DNA from: Cyanobacteria bacterium REEB446
Lineage (GTDB): Bacteria > Cyanobacteriota > Vampirovibrionia > LMEP-6097
Direction of reading: 5' to 3'
Assembly (NCBI GenBank): GCA_018970325.1
Contig: JAGWWP010000003.1
Coordinates: 15,737-79,736, forward strand
Length of the DNA: 64,000 nucleotides
Below, piece after piece: positions 45,136-55,117 of this stretch (position 1 is its first letter; every line of letters starts with the position of its first letter). Under the pieces are notes generated by a model. It had not been told where the DNA came from. It was given only the letters and a program-made list of their open reading frames with translations, and searched no databases. The position numbers and the translations under genes are program-made.

Positions 45136-46267
45136 TTATGACCCTGTTTTAAACTTTAAAAACTCTCTAATAAATTCATCTAAAACTTCCGTACCGTTAA
45201 TTACAGCATCAACATCACGGGTCTCATACTTAGTTCTGTGATCCTTAACTCTTCCTTCGTCAAAGACATAGGAGCGAATAGCATTTCCCCAAGAAGCATT
45301 CAAAACTTCTCCTTTAAGCTCAGCGAGCTTCTTCTGCTCTTCCTCTTCCTGTAAGGCTAGCAGCTTAGATTTAATCTGTTCTATAGCTCTATCTTTATTT
45401 TGAGCTTGGCTGCGCTCTTGAGTACATTTCACAGCAAACCCAGTAGGTATGTGCCTTACCCTAACAGCTGTCTCGACTTTATTTACATTCTGTCCGCCCG
45501 CTCCACCAGAGCGCATAGTAGTAATTTCCAAATCAGATTCTTTAAAACCTTTTAGTTCAGTAGAACTATCTATTACAGGACAGACTTCAATCCCCGCAAA
45601 ACTGGTCTGCCTGCTATCAGCAGAAGATTTAAATGGAGATTTGCGCACTAGCCTGTGAACGCCTTTCTCCGCTGAAAGATAACCATAGGCATAAGGACCA
45701 GAAATTTTTAAAGATGCTGATTTAATCCCAGCTTCCTCGCCATCAGATTTATCTAAAAGCTCTACTGTAAAGCCTTTCGTTATCTCCGCCCAGCGTGTAT
45801 ACATTCTTAAAAGAATCTCTGCCCAATCCTGAGCATCAGTACCACCAGCTCCAGCATTGATATTTATAATCGCAGATGATTTATCATAATCCCCAGACAT
45901 CATCAGGAGAAACTCATAGTCCTCTAATTCTGTTAATAATTTAAAATATTCTTCGCGAATTAATTCATCTAGATCCTGCTTTTCGAATTCTTCCTCTGTC
46001 TCAGCTAGCATCTCCTGCATAGCTAAAAAATCTTCTAGACGCCTTGCCCAAGAGTCTATTTTATCTATCTGCTCTTTTTTAAAACTAATCTCTTTGGATA
46101 TAGCTTGAGCCTCGCTGACATTATTCCAAAAGCCCTCGACTAAGGTCTTCTCCTCTAAAATCTTTAATTCTTCTTTGAGCTCATTAAGGTCAAAGACACT
46201 CCTTGATTGAATTATATTTACTAGAAATTATCTCGGAATCTATAGCTGTTTGAAGATATTCTGGCAT
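45136..46267 (-). CDS. prfB: peptide chain release factor 2 (requires a programmed +1 frameshift)
   Basis: SPF and GGQ motifs. A 25-codon upstream frame ([25 protein letters not shown]) ends at CTT TGA C. The +1 frame then continues DLNELKEEL... into the long ORF. Confidence 0.9.
46189..46204 (-). promoter_or_regulatory. prfB +1 programmed frameshift site
   Basis: On the minus strand: AAGGAG (SD-like), TGT, then CTT TGA C. Same architecture as the classical RF2 autoregulatory site. Confidence 0.85.
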
Positions 46268-46304
46268 AGAGGGCTTATTTTAGCAGGAAAAGTTTATGTA
46301 CGTT

Positions 46305-46349
46305 GGGACTGCTCGCAAACCTGCAATTTCTGCATTTTTGAGCAGTCCC
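46305..46349 (-). repeat. R11: short hairpin form upstream of prfB
   Basis: Perfect 10-bp stem GGGACTGCTC / GAGCAGTCCC around a diverged core (cctgcaatttctgcattttt). Flanked by ACGTT and ATGTT. Confidence 0.85.
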
Positions 46350-46430
46350 ATGTTAACTAGACTATATAAGAATAAATTTTTAGGATTAGATTTATAATTT
46401 AGTAATTCCACCAAGCAAAGTTCTATCCCA

Positions 46431-47726
46431 ATGCTCACAGACTACAGTGAAATACGAAAGATACACAAGAAAAAGTTCTCTGAACAAGAAAGAGCTTGGT
46501 GCCAATTTTTCCGTGATGAAGCTCTTGCTACTTTTATGGCTTCATTTATTAAGCTCAATAAAGAAGAAAATCAGACAATCCGAATTTTAGATGCTGGTGC
46601 AGGAGATGGAATTCTTGCTTATGCTGCCGTACAACGCTGCTTAGATTTAGGTTATAAAAATATTGAAGTCTGTTTATATGAAATTGACAAAGACTTGATA
46701 AAGCTTTATAGATAGTAATTTTAAGTTTCTCCTTAAAAAACTGTCTAAGACGAAAATAAGCTTAAAATACCATATTTTTAATAAAGATTTTTTAAACTTT
46801 GATCCCAAGCACAGTAACAGTTTTGATATCGCAATATTAACCCTCCGTTTAAAAAAACTCTCTCTAGTAAACAAGATACTGTTGCACAAAATGAAATTCT
46901 ACAATCATGCGAGCAAAAGATAAATACAACAAGCCTATATACTAATCACTATGTTGATTTCATGAGCCTTTGCCTTGACTATCTCAATCATTCTGGACAA
47001 CTCATTTCTATAACACCTAGGAGTTTTACTTCTGGAGCTTATTTTAAAAACTTTAGAAATAAATTACTAAAAGAATCTAACTTAGAAGCTGTTCATCTCT
47101 TTTCATCAAGAAAAAGTATTTTTAAAAATAATTCCATTTACCAAGAAAATATCATTTGTAAATTTATTAAGGGAACCAAGCAGAATTCATCAATTTCGCT
47201 ATCCTGCTCTATTGATATGGACTTCAATAAATCTTTTACTCAGAAGAAATTACCTAATAAACTTCTAATCAAATCCTTTGTAAATGATAATTTCATATTC
47301 ATACCAGAGAATAATGCTCAAGCTAAAGCTATCAAGGAGTTGCAAAAATTTGAAGATGGATTTGATAATTTAGCTTTGTCAATTAATACCGGTCCAGTAG
47401 TGCCTTTTAGAGCAAAAGGTCTTTTATCTAAAGTTAAACATAAAAATTCCATCCCTCTGCTGGGGCTTAATAATGTGGAGATGCTGGCTGTAAACTGGTC
47501 AGAATATAATAAATATGAAGCTTACGGACTTGCAGCTTTTCTTAATTCAAGCCTTGTTGATAATTACTTCAGATCCCTTTCTGGAAGCACACAGATTAAT
47601 AAAAATGAGCTATTAACACTACGGTTACCTAGCCTGAAACAGTTAAGCCAGCTTGGTAAGAAACTTTTGAAAAAAGCTGAGGGATTTGACCAGAATATTA
47701 TTGATGAGCTTTTTGGGCGTTTATAA
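46431..47726 (+). pseudogene. N6-adenine DNA methyltransferase (PstI/BsuBI-like, gamma class) disrupted by two frameshifts
   Basis: Motif I ILDAGAGDGIL lies in frame 0. The middle segment DSNFKFLL...FDIAI lies in frame +1 (46712-46835). Motif IV NINPPF and ISITPRSFTSGAYFKNFR are back in frame 0. Confidence 0.75.
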
Positions 47727-47734
47727 TTATCAAT

Positions 47735-48229
47735 ATGACATATGATCTTAATGAATCAGTAAATAAATTAAAAAAAGTTATTCATACAACCCAAACTACA
47801 TATAGCATCGCAGAGATTCTCTCTTTATATAGAGATAATGAATTAATTTTAAGACCCCAATATCAAAGGTTTTTCCGCTGGTCACCTTTACAGAAAGCAA
47901 AATTAATTGAATCTATACTTCTTGAGATTCCCATGCCAATTTTCTTCGTATATTCAACCCGCGAAGGGACATTTGAGGTTATAGATGGACAGCAAAGACT
48001 GTCTACTATAATTGAGGGCTTTACTTCGAGCTGTTTACACGAAATTACCAAAATGAAAAATATTTCACAGAAAAATTTAGAAACTCGTCATCTGAATGCC
48101 CTTAATGTACTTCATTTTTTTGGCTCCTTTAACACAAAAGATACCCCCTACGAGCAAAGAGGATTTGAAAGGCCAGATATTAAACTTGCACATGAATTAT
48201 TAACTCATCTTATGGAAAAAACATCGTGA
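47735..48229 (+). pseudogene. truncated DUF262 (GmrSD N-terminal, ParB-like) gene
   Basis: LRPQYQRFFRW...IDGQQRLSTI motif, but only 164 aa. Family members are usually much longer, and sequence after the DGQQR block looks degenerate. Confidence 0.55.
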
Positions 48230-48382
48230 ATGAAAAGAGTTTAAAGCTTAAACATTTTGACTTTCGTATGAATCAGTGGAGCAAGCTGCTATCCGTATAT
48301 TCAAAAGCAACATTAGAATATTTAGAATTAATCAAAACTAATACAGACGATCTTCTTTACCGATGTTCAGGATAAAAGCTCC

Positions 48383-49153
48383 ATGCGCCTAAATAAATTC
48401 CTAGCCGATCAAGGACTCTGCTCCCGCAGACAAGCTGACATAAAAATCAGTCAAGGATTGGTTTCCGTAAATACCATTGCCGTAAGCCTAGGCTACTGCC
48501 TAGAAAGTGGTGACACTATTACTTATGAAGGTCGAGAATATATCTACAATCCACAAGACTCACAGAGATTAATTTATCTAGCATTAAATAAACCCGTGGG
48601 GGTGGAATGTACATGCAATAAAGAGATAGCAGGGAATTTAATTCATTTTTTAGAAAAAAAACCTGAATTTCAAGAATTAAATAAATTACTCATAAATAAT
48701 CAGAACGGCATGAAAGAAAGCAGGCCTCAGCTTCGCCTCTACCCCATCGGCAGACTGGATAAAAATTCACGAGGCTTACTAATTCTTACTAATGATGGTG
48801 ATATAACGCATAAACTCAGCCATCCTAAATTCGAGCATGAAAAAGAATATTTAGTTACAGTAGATAAACCAATCACCAAGAAGTTTTTAAAAGATTTAAG
48901 TGCTGGAGTTGAGATTATAATTAAAAAAAATGGCATTAAAGCGAGAACTTTACCATGCTTAGTGAATCAAGAATCAGAGACATCCTTTAAAATCATTCTA
49001 AAACAGGGTTATAAAAGACAAATTCGTCAATCCTGTAAAGTTTTAGGCTATAAAGTGGTGGATTTACTACGTTTTCGTATCGCAAAATTAAATTTATACG
49101 AATTATCACTAGATGAAGGTGAGTTCAAGCTAGTAGATAATTTATACTATTGA
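48383..49153 (+). CDS. RsuA/RluB/RluF-family pseudouridine synthase
   Basis: S4 domain MRLNKFLADQGLCSRRQAD. Catalytic GRLDKNSRGLLILTNDGD. Confidence 0.88.
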   Translation: MRLNKFLADQGLCSRRQADIKISQGLVSVNTIAVSLGYCLESGDTITYEGREYIYNPQDSQRLIYLALNKPVGVECTCNKEIAGNLIHFLEKKPEFQELNKLLINNQNGMKESRPQLRLYPIGRLDKNSRGLLILTNDGDITHKLSHPKFEHEKEYLVTVDKPITKKFLKDLSAGVEIIIKKNGIKARTLPCLVNQESETSFKIILKQGYKRQIRQSCKVLGYKVVDLLRFRIAKLNLYELSLDEGEFKLVDNLYY

Positions 49154-51343
49154 TTGATGCAACGAAAGATTTTAAGAATTCTTAAAAACAAAGTAGTAAT
49201 AGCTATACTAATTGCACTTTTAGCTTTACCCTTTTTATTCCGTCTCTCGGTACCTATATTAAATAGGATATTAGGTGCCCCATCTCTAGATATTTTAGAG
49301 AATTACCAGCCTATAGGTAGTATAGAAGTCTACGACTATAAAGATAAACTAGCTGGAGTGCTTCAGGGAGAGGAGGACAGGCAGGTTATACAGTTAGACC
49401 AAGTCTCAGACTTAGCTAAAAAATCCATTCTAGCTGCTGAAGATAGCCAGTTTTTTAAACACTCTGGTTTCAGTTTAACCAGTTTACTTAGAGCTGTAAT
49501 CACGAATATTAAAGCTGGGAAAGTAGTTCAAGGTGGTAGTACTCTTACGCAGCAGATGGTGAAGAATCTCTTTATCCGTGAAGATGAAAGGTATCAGAGA
49601 ACTTTAAGAAGAAAAGTTATAGAGCTTCTTATCGCTCTTGAAGTGGAAAGTAAATACTCTAAAGAAAGAATACTTGAGATATATCTAAACCAAGTCTATT
49701 TCGGTAATTTAGCTTATGGTATAGAAAGAGCAGCACAAAGATACTTTAGCAAACATGCAAGTAAGTTAGATTTATTAGAATCTTCTTATTTAGCTGGATT
49801 GTTAACCGCTCCTAGTCATCTTTCTAAAAATTTAAAAGAGGCACAAGTCCGCCAGCAGTATGTTTTAGACAGAATGTTGGAGTTAGGTTATATCACCAAA
49901 GAAGAATATGCTAAAGCAGATATTCATAAAATGCAGTTTAAAAAATCACAGGGAAACTTAGCTCAATATCCCTATTACTTTAGCTACGTAGAACAAGAGC
50001 TTAATAAGAGGTTTACCAGGAATCAGTTAAAGACTATGGGATTAAAAGTCTATACTGGCCTCGATCCTAAAGCCGAGATGGCTGCTGCTGAAATTATGGA
50101 AACTGGTATCAAGAATGCTGCCTCTGGAATTAATCAAGCGGCTTTAGTTACTATTGACGTGGAAACCGCTCAGGTAAGAGCTTTAGTAGGAGGAGTCGGT
50201 AATTTCTGGCAGAACCAATATAATAGAGCAACTAACGTACATACCATTGGTAGTGCTTTTAAACCCTTTGTGTACTTAACTGCTTTTATGAATGGTGTCA
50301 TAGATCAGAACACTATCATCAAAGATGAGCCTATAGTCTTCGATGACGCTTCTACAGAAAGCATGGTGTGGTCACCACAGAATTTCGACTTAGAATTTCA
50401 TGGACCTACGACGGCAAGAGCAGCTTTAATTTTCTCACGTAATATTCCAGCTATTAAAGTCGCTATGCAAGCTGGTCTTAACAACGTTATAGACACTGCA
50501 CATAAAGCAGGTATTAAATCTGAGATGCAGCCAAACTTATCACTAGCATTAGGATCTGGAGCATTTACTCCACTAGAAGTAGCGACTGCTTATTCTACCT
50601 TTGCTCGTGGTGGAGTTAGAGTAGAACCAATTCTTATTAGAAAAATTTTAGATAATAAAGGAAACTTAATAGAGAAAAATGATCCCGTAGCCGTAGATGC
50701 CCTTCCACAAAGGCATGTATCGTTATTAGTCGAAATTTTAAAAGATGTAGTTAACTATGGAACTGGTGCTTTAGCTAAAATCGAAGGACGAGTCGTCGCT
50801 GGTAAGACTGGTACTGCGGATGGTAGTAGAGATATATGGTTCACGGGATTCACTCCAGATACAGTTACCGTTGTTTGGGCTGGTAATGAAAGAAATCGAG
50901 AAGTGCTTTCTAGTTATGCGACTGGTGGTAGCACTCCAGCTTGGATATGGCGTGAATTTATGCTTAAGTATTATGAAAATAATCCAAGAGCAGCTGTTGA
51001 TTTTAAATTTAATAATAATTATGTATCAGCGAAGATAGATCCTCTTACGGGGCTTCTCGCTACTGAATACACTCCTAATCCAGTAGAGATGAGGTTTACA
51101 CCAGGTACAGAACCTAAGCGATATGCGCCAGTTCCAGACACTAGTGATATTAAATCTAGATCTGATGAAGCAGAGGATGAAAATTTTACGAATATTAATG
51201 ATCGTAAAATGTCAGAAGAAGATGAAAAGATTCAGATGCTTAAAAAAATTAACGAATCAGAAAAAGCTAAAAAGCCTGAGACTAAAAGAAATTTACCAGA
51301 GCCGAAAACTAAGCCTAATGCGACATTCAGCGAGTATCAATAA
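49154..51343 (+). CDS. class A penicillin-binding protein (glycosyltransferase plus transpeptidase)
   Basis: GT51 motifs EDSQFFKHSGF and GGSTLTQQ. Transpeptidase motifs SAFKP and KTGT. Charged C-terminal tail. Confidence 0.9.
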   Translation: MMQRKILRILKNKVVIAILIALLALPFLFRLSVPILNRILGAPSLDILENYQPIGSIEVYDYKDKLAGVLQGEEDRQVIQLDQVSDLAKKSILAAEDSQFFKHSGFSLTSLLRAVITNIKAGKVVQGGSTLTQQMVKNLFIREDERYQRTLRRKVIELLIALEVESKYSKERILEIYLNQVYFGNLAYGIERAAQRYFSKHASKLDLLESSYLAGLLTAPSHLSKNLKEAQVRQQYVLDRMLELGYITKEEYAKADIHKMQFKKSQGNLAQYPYYFSYVEQELNKRFTRNQLKTMGLKVYTGLDPKAEMAAAEIMETGIKNAASGINQAALVTIDVETAQVRALVGGVGNFWQNQYNRATNVHTIGSAFKPFVYLTAFMNGVIDQNTIIKDEPIVFDDASTESMVWSPQNFDLEFHGPTTARAALIFSRNIPAIKVAMQAGLNNVIDTAHKAGIKSEMQPNLSLALGSGAFTPLEVATAYSTFARGGVRVEPILIRKILDNKGNLIEKNDPVAVDALPQRHVSLLVEILKDVVNYGTGALAKIEGRVVAGKTGTADGSRDIWFTGFTPDTVTVVWAGNERNREVLSSYATGGSTPAWIWREFMLKYYENNPRAAVDFKFNNNYVSAKIDPLTGLLATEYTPNPVEMRFTPGTEPKRYAPVPDTSDIKSRSDEAEDENFTNINDRKMSEEDEKIQMLKKINESEKAKKPETKRNLPEPKTKPNATFSEYQ

Positions 51344-52071
51344 TGGATAAAAAAAATCGAATCTATGGCGCTAAGCTCATTTTAGAATACATCAAGTCTG
51401 GTGGTTCTATTTCCAAAATATGGTTAGCCAAAAGCTTAAATGCTCTAACTCAAGAAATCGAAGAATTAGCCAGAAAGCATAAAATCCCAGTAAATAAAGT
51501 CGAAAGAAAAGAATTAGATAAAATATCTGATGAATATAAGGGGAAATCTGTAATCGCAGAAGTTTCACCCATAACTCTTTATGATGAAAAGTTTTTATTA
51601 GAGCAAGGCGGTGACAGGACTTATATTTTTGCAGTAAATATAGAAGACCCACAGAATTTAGGAGCTATGCTTCGCTCAGTTCATGCTTTTTCTGCTGATG
51701 GCTTAATAGTTAGTAATCGCAACACTACGACTATAACTGACTCAGTTATTAGGGCTAGTGCTGGTGCAGTATTTAACACTAAAGTTATCAGAGTAGGAAA
51801 TATTAGTAATACGCTAAAAAAGCTTAAAGAAAATCAGTACTGGGTTTATGGTACTGACGTTAAATCAGAGAATAGTGAAGAAATCAGGAAAGTGAAATTC
51901 GATAAAAGATCGGTAATTTTACTGGGTAATGAAGGGAAAGGTCTTGGTCCAACCCTTAAAAAAGCCTGTGATTTTATGGTTCACATCCCCTGTGCATTTA
52001 ATAGTTTAAATGTTTCCGTCGCAACGGGCATAATATTAAGTAGCGTCTACGAACAAAGAAAAGATCAATGA
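51343..52071 (+). CDS. rlmB: SpoU/TrmH-family RNA 2'-O-methyltransferase (RlmB-like)
   Basis: SpoU_sub_bind N-terminus. Motifs DPQNLGAMLRS, LLGNEGKGL and SLNVSVA. Confidence 0.85.
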   Translation: MDKKNRIYGAKLILEYIKSGGSISKIWLAKSLNALTQEIEELARKHKIPVNKVERKELDKISDEYKGKSVIAEVSPITLYDEKFLLEQGGDRTYIFAVNIEDPQNLGAMLRSVHAFSADGLIVSNRNTTTITDSVIRASAGAVFNTKVIRVGNISNTLKKLKENQYWVYGTDVKSENSEEIRKVKFDKRSVILLGNEGKGLGPTLKKACDFMVHIPCAFNSLNVSVATGIILSSVYEQRKDQ

Positions 52072-53168
52072 TCAATCTTGATATGGAATTTAAGGATTAC
52101 TATAAAACTTTAAATATAAGTTTCGGAGCTAGTGACGAAGAAATTAAGAAATCCTATAAACAGTTAGCTAAAAAACATCATCCCGATAGTGATGGTGGCT
52201 CTGAAGAAAAATTTAAAGAAATACAAGAAGCTTACGAAGTTTTAAAAGACAAAGCTAAAAAAGATAAGTATGACTCAATGCATAACAGTCAGACTAATTT
52301 TTCCTCTAAAAACAATACCTATCAAAGTAAGTCTTCAAGCTATTCATACACGAATGGAAATCCTAACAGTTCTAATACAACAAATAATCAAGCTAACGCT
52401 AATTCACAAAGTAATACCAAGAATAATGACAATAATGCTTCTAGTGCAAACAATACGCAGCAAGCAAATAACCAGCAAAGCTATCAACAAAAACAATACA
52501 ATGACGTAAAATACAAAAACGCCAATACTAATTCTCAAAATAAAGAGAAAAGCTCAAACACTAAATCTAACGCTCCAAATGAATCCTTCAGTGATTTTTT
52601 CCAGATGTTTTTTGGGGAAAGTAAAGAAAAAGCTAAAGGTCTCAAAGGTGCTGATTATGAGATGAATATCGAGCTAGATTTAGAAGACGCTTATAATGGC
52701 AGCACTCGTAAACTTGAAATAACTAGTACTGGTCAAGGACAGAGAAGGCTAGAAGTTCTTATTCCACCAGGTGTTCGTGAAGGCAATAAAATAAAAGTCG
52801 CTGGTGAAGGTAAAGTCGGGAAAAATGGCGGTGAGAGCGGTGATTTATACCTAAAAGTAAAAATCAAAGAACATCCTCTTTTTAAAATGGATGGTGATGA
52901 TATACACAGTACTCTAGAATTAGAGCCCTATGAGGCTATACTAGGCACGGAGAAAGAAGTTCTAACACTTGGCTCTAAAGTAGAAATAGTAATTCCACCT
53001 CAGACTAATCATGGAAAAATACTTCGCCTAAGAGGGCGCGGGCTTATGAATACTAAAACTAAAGTACAGGGCGATCACTTTGTGCATACTGCGATTAAAA
53101 TTAAAGACCACTATACATTTGAAGAATTACAGCATTATAAAGCTATAAAAAAAATTAATCAAAATTGA
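52068..53168 (+). CDS. DnaJ-domain co-chaperone (CbpA-like, no zinc finger) with an N/S/Q-rich linker
   Basis: J domain DYYKTLNI...HHPD and DnaJ_C beta-domains. About 100 aa of Asn/Ser/Gln low complexity replaces the G/F region. Confidence 0.8.
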   Translation: MINLDMEFKDYYKTLNISFGASDEEIKKSYKQLAKKHHPDSDGGSEEKFKEIQEAYEVLKDKAKKDKYDSMHNSQTNFSSKNNTYQSKSSSYSYTNGNPNSSNTTNNQANANSQSNTKNNDNNASSANNTQQANNQQSYQQKQYNDVKYKNANTNSQNKEKSSNTKSNAPNESFSDFFQMFFGESKEKAKGLKGADYEMNIELDLEDAYNGSTRKLEITSTGQGQRRLEVLIPPGVREGNKIKVAGEGKVGKNGGESGDLYLKVKIKEHPLFKMDGDDIHSTLELEPYEAILGTEKEVLTLGSKVEIVIPPQTNHGKILRLRGRGLMNTKTKVQGDHFVHTAIKIKDHYTFEELQHYKAIKKINQN

Positions 53169-53214
53169 AAATGCGATTATGGAGCAGCTCCAAAGATGGA
53201 ATCTTACTAAGGGC

Positions 53215-53685
53215 TTAATATGCTAGATAGATAAAATCAGCCCTAGGATTAGTTCCTGTATTTTTCTGTTTTTTAATTTTCTCAGGCTTCACTGCCTTAA
53301 GCTCAAAATCAAAATCCTTCAAAAATTCAAAAGCCTTTAAATTATAGGCATAATTCTTACGATGTTCGACTAATTTTATAGAGGACTCTATCACTTTACC
53401 AGTCTCATCTATCTCAAAAGTATAACTACAAAACTGATCATTTCTGTGCTTATCTGTAGGCTTGTTAAAAAGGATCTGATCATTATCTAGTAAGAAAAAT
53501 TTCCATTTAAGATTCAGTTCCTGCGGCTCAATGCCTTTCACTGCGACATTATGAAAATCGATATTATAGGTTTTTAAGGTTTCAGCACGAAGAGGCATCG
53601 AAAAATTATTTAAGATGCAAGCTATAAACAAGCAAAGTATATAACTCAACGCAGGAAACCAATTTAAGCTTAATGACTTGTGCAT
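53215..53685 (-). CDS. hypothetical secreted protein
   Basis: Signal-like N-terminus. No motif recognised. Confidence 0.4.
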   Translation of the reverse strand: MHKSLSLNWFPALSYILCLFIACILNNFSMPLRAETLKTYNIDFHNVAVKGIEPQELNLKWKFFLLDNDQILFNKPTDKHRNDQFCSYTFEIDETGKVIESSIKLVEHRKNYAYNLKAFEFLKDFDFELKAVKPEKIKKQKNTGTNPRADFIYLAY

Positions 53686-53722
53686 GGATAAAAGTATTAT
53701 ACATTAAGCTAAAATAAGCTAA

Positions 53723-54976
53723 ATGCAAGCTTTAGCGAAGGAAACTATTCCCATTCACTGGAATCATGAAAACAGGTCTGTATCTATCATCGACCAAACT
53801 CTTCTACCTTATGAATTAAAGTGGGTAGAAATAAAGACTTATGAGGCGATGGCAAATGCTATTGAGAATATGCTTCTACGTGGAGCACCTTTAATCGGCA
53901 TCGCTGCTGCATATGGCATGGTACTTGCTTTACAGGAATTTATAGAGACTAACGCTCGTTATCACAGTTTAGAAAAAGATCATGAAAACAATGAAAATAT
54001 AAAAAATGCTGCTCTGAACCAGTCTTTAGAAGATAGATTAATTAATTTTCTAAACCAAGCCTCAAATAGACTACTTTCGACACGCCCGACTGCGGTAAAT
54101 CTAGCTTGGGCATTAGGAGAAATGGCAGCCACTATTCAAAAAAATCACAAAGATGAAGCTCTGCAATCGTCACTTGAGCAAAATACTTACTTGCAAAAAC
54201 TACACCAAATACTTTTAAATAAAGCTCTCTGGATTCAAGAAGATGATTATAATCGCTGCAAAGCAATGTCTGAACATGCTTTAGCTTTAGTAAAAAAGGA
54301 TTTTGCTGAAAAAATTAAAACACAAGGTGATAAGGTGGTTGAACAAACAGGTAAATTAAATGTTCTCACTCACTGTAATGCTGGCGCCTTAGCTACTGGC
54401 GGCTATGGCACTGCTTTAGGCTTAATCAGAAGTTTACATCGCGAAGGCTTACTTAATATGGTTTATTCTGACGAAACTCGCCCTCGCCAGCAGGGTTCTC
54501 GCCTCACCGCTTGGGAATTAGCACAGGAAGGCATTCCAGTCACTATGATCTGCGATACTATGGCAGGTTTTATGATGAATAAAGGAATGATAGACCTAGT
54601 AGTAGTAGGTAGTGATCGCATTACTGCAAATGGTGATGTCGCTAATAAAATAGGTACTTACCAAGTAGCGATTCTTGCAAAACATCACCAAATACCTTTC
54701 TATGTCCTAGCCCCAGAAAGCACTATAGATTTAAATTTAAAGACTGGCCATGAAATCGAGATAGAATATCGAAACACAGAAGAGGTTAGCCACATAAATG
54801 GCAAAGCCTGCACTTTTATTAAGAGGAACGACGAAAACGCAGAAATTGGAGTTCGAGAACAGTGCCGAGACTTAAATTCCGTTACTGAGGTGATGTTCCT
54901 TAACCCTGGCTTCGACGTCACTCCAAATTCATTAATTAGTGGAATAATTACAGAAAATGGCATAATCGGTATGTAG
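53723..54976 (+). CDS. mtnA: S-methyl-5-thioribose-1-phosphate isomerase
   Basis: IF-2B family blocks: RGAPLIGI, THCNAGALAT, VGSDRITANGDVANKIGT. Carries an in-frame half-element (NDENAEIGVREQC). Its TAG stop is supplied by full-length element R13. Confidence 0.9.
   Translation: MQALAKETIPIHWNHENRSVSIIDQTLLPYELKWVEIKTYEAMANAIENMLLRGAPLIGIAAAYGMVLALQEFIETNARYHSLEKDHENNENIKNAALNQSLEDRLINFLNQASNRLLSTRPTAVNLAWALGEMAATIQKNHKDEALQSSLEQNTYLQKLHQILLNKALWIQEDDYNRCKAMSEHALALVKKDFAEKIKTQGDKVVEQTGKLNVLTHCNAGALATGGYGTALGLIRSLHREGLLNMVYSDETRPRQQGSRLTAWELAQEGIPVTMICDTMAGFMMNKGMIDLVVVGSDRITANGDVANKIGTYQVAILAKHHQIPFYVLAPESTIDLNLKTGHEIEIEYRNTEEVSHINGKACTFIKRNDENAEIGVREQCRDLNSVTEVMFLNPGFDVTPNSLISGIITENGIIGM
54823..54866 (+). 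repeat. R12: half-element inside mtnA
   Basis: gaggaacgacgaaaacgcagaaattggagttcgagaacagtgcc, with an exact core. Encodes RNDENAEIGVREQC. Confidence 0.9.
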
Positions 54977-55087
54977 CCGAACGAACAAGTTCAAGGCTGA
55001 GGAGGACGAATGACCGCATTGCACCAAGCGTACATGAAGATCATGAGGACGACGAAAACGCAAAAATTGGAGTTCCGCTACACGCCC
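54967..55087 (+). mobile_element. R13: full-length 121-bp element at the 3' end of mtnA
   Basis: Flanked by a perfect 5-bp direct repeat ATAAT (54962-54966 and 55088-55092). The right TIR is intact and the left TIR is mutated (CGGTATGTAGCC). Its peptide frame is still open. Confidence 0.92.
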
Positions 55088-55117
55088 ATAATGCTAGAAT
55101 CAAATAAATAAGTATAT

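Noticed and set aside
51165-51215. The PBP C-terminal tail (DENFTNINDRKMS) resembling DENAE...TNDRSVL
   Set aside because: The resemblance is only at peptide-composition level. The nucleotide alignment is poor and the segment order differs.
53169-53214. The palindrome GGAGCAGCTCC downstream of the DnaJ-like gene as a terminator
   Set aside because: The 5-bp arms are separated by a 1-nt loop and so cannot form a stable hairpin. There is also no T-tract.
53975-54009. A possible ancient decayed copy in mtnA (KDHENNENIKNA; aaagatcatgaaaacaatgaaaatataaaaaatgc)
   Set aside because: It is only about 69% identical to the acidic arm plus core, in very low-complexity A-rich sequence. I cannot distinguish it from chance without a statistical model.
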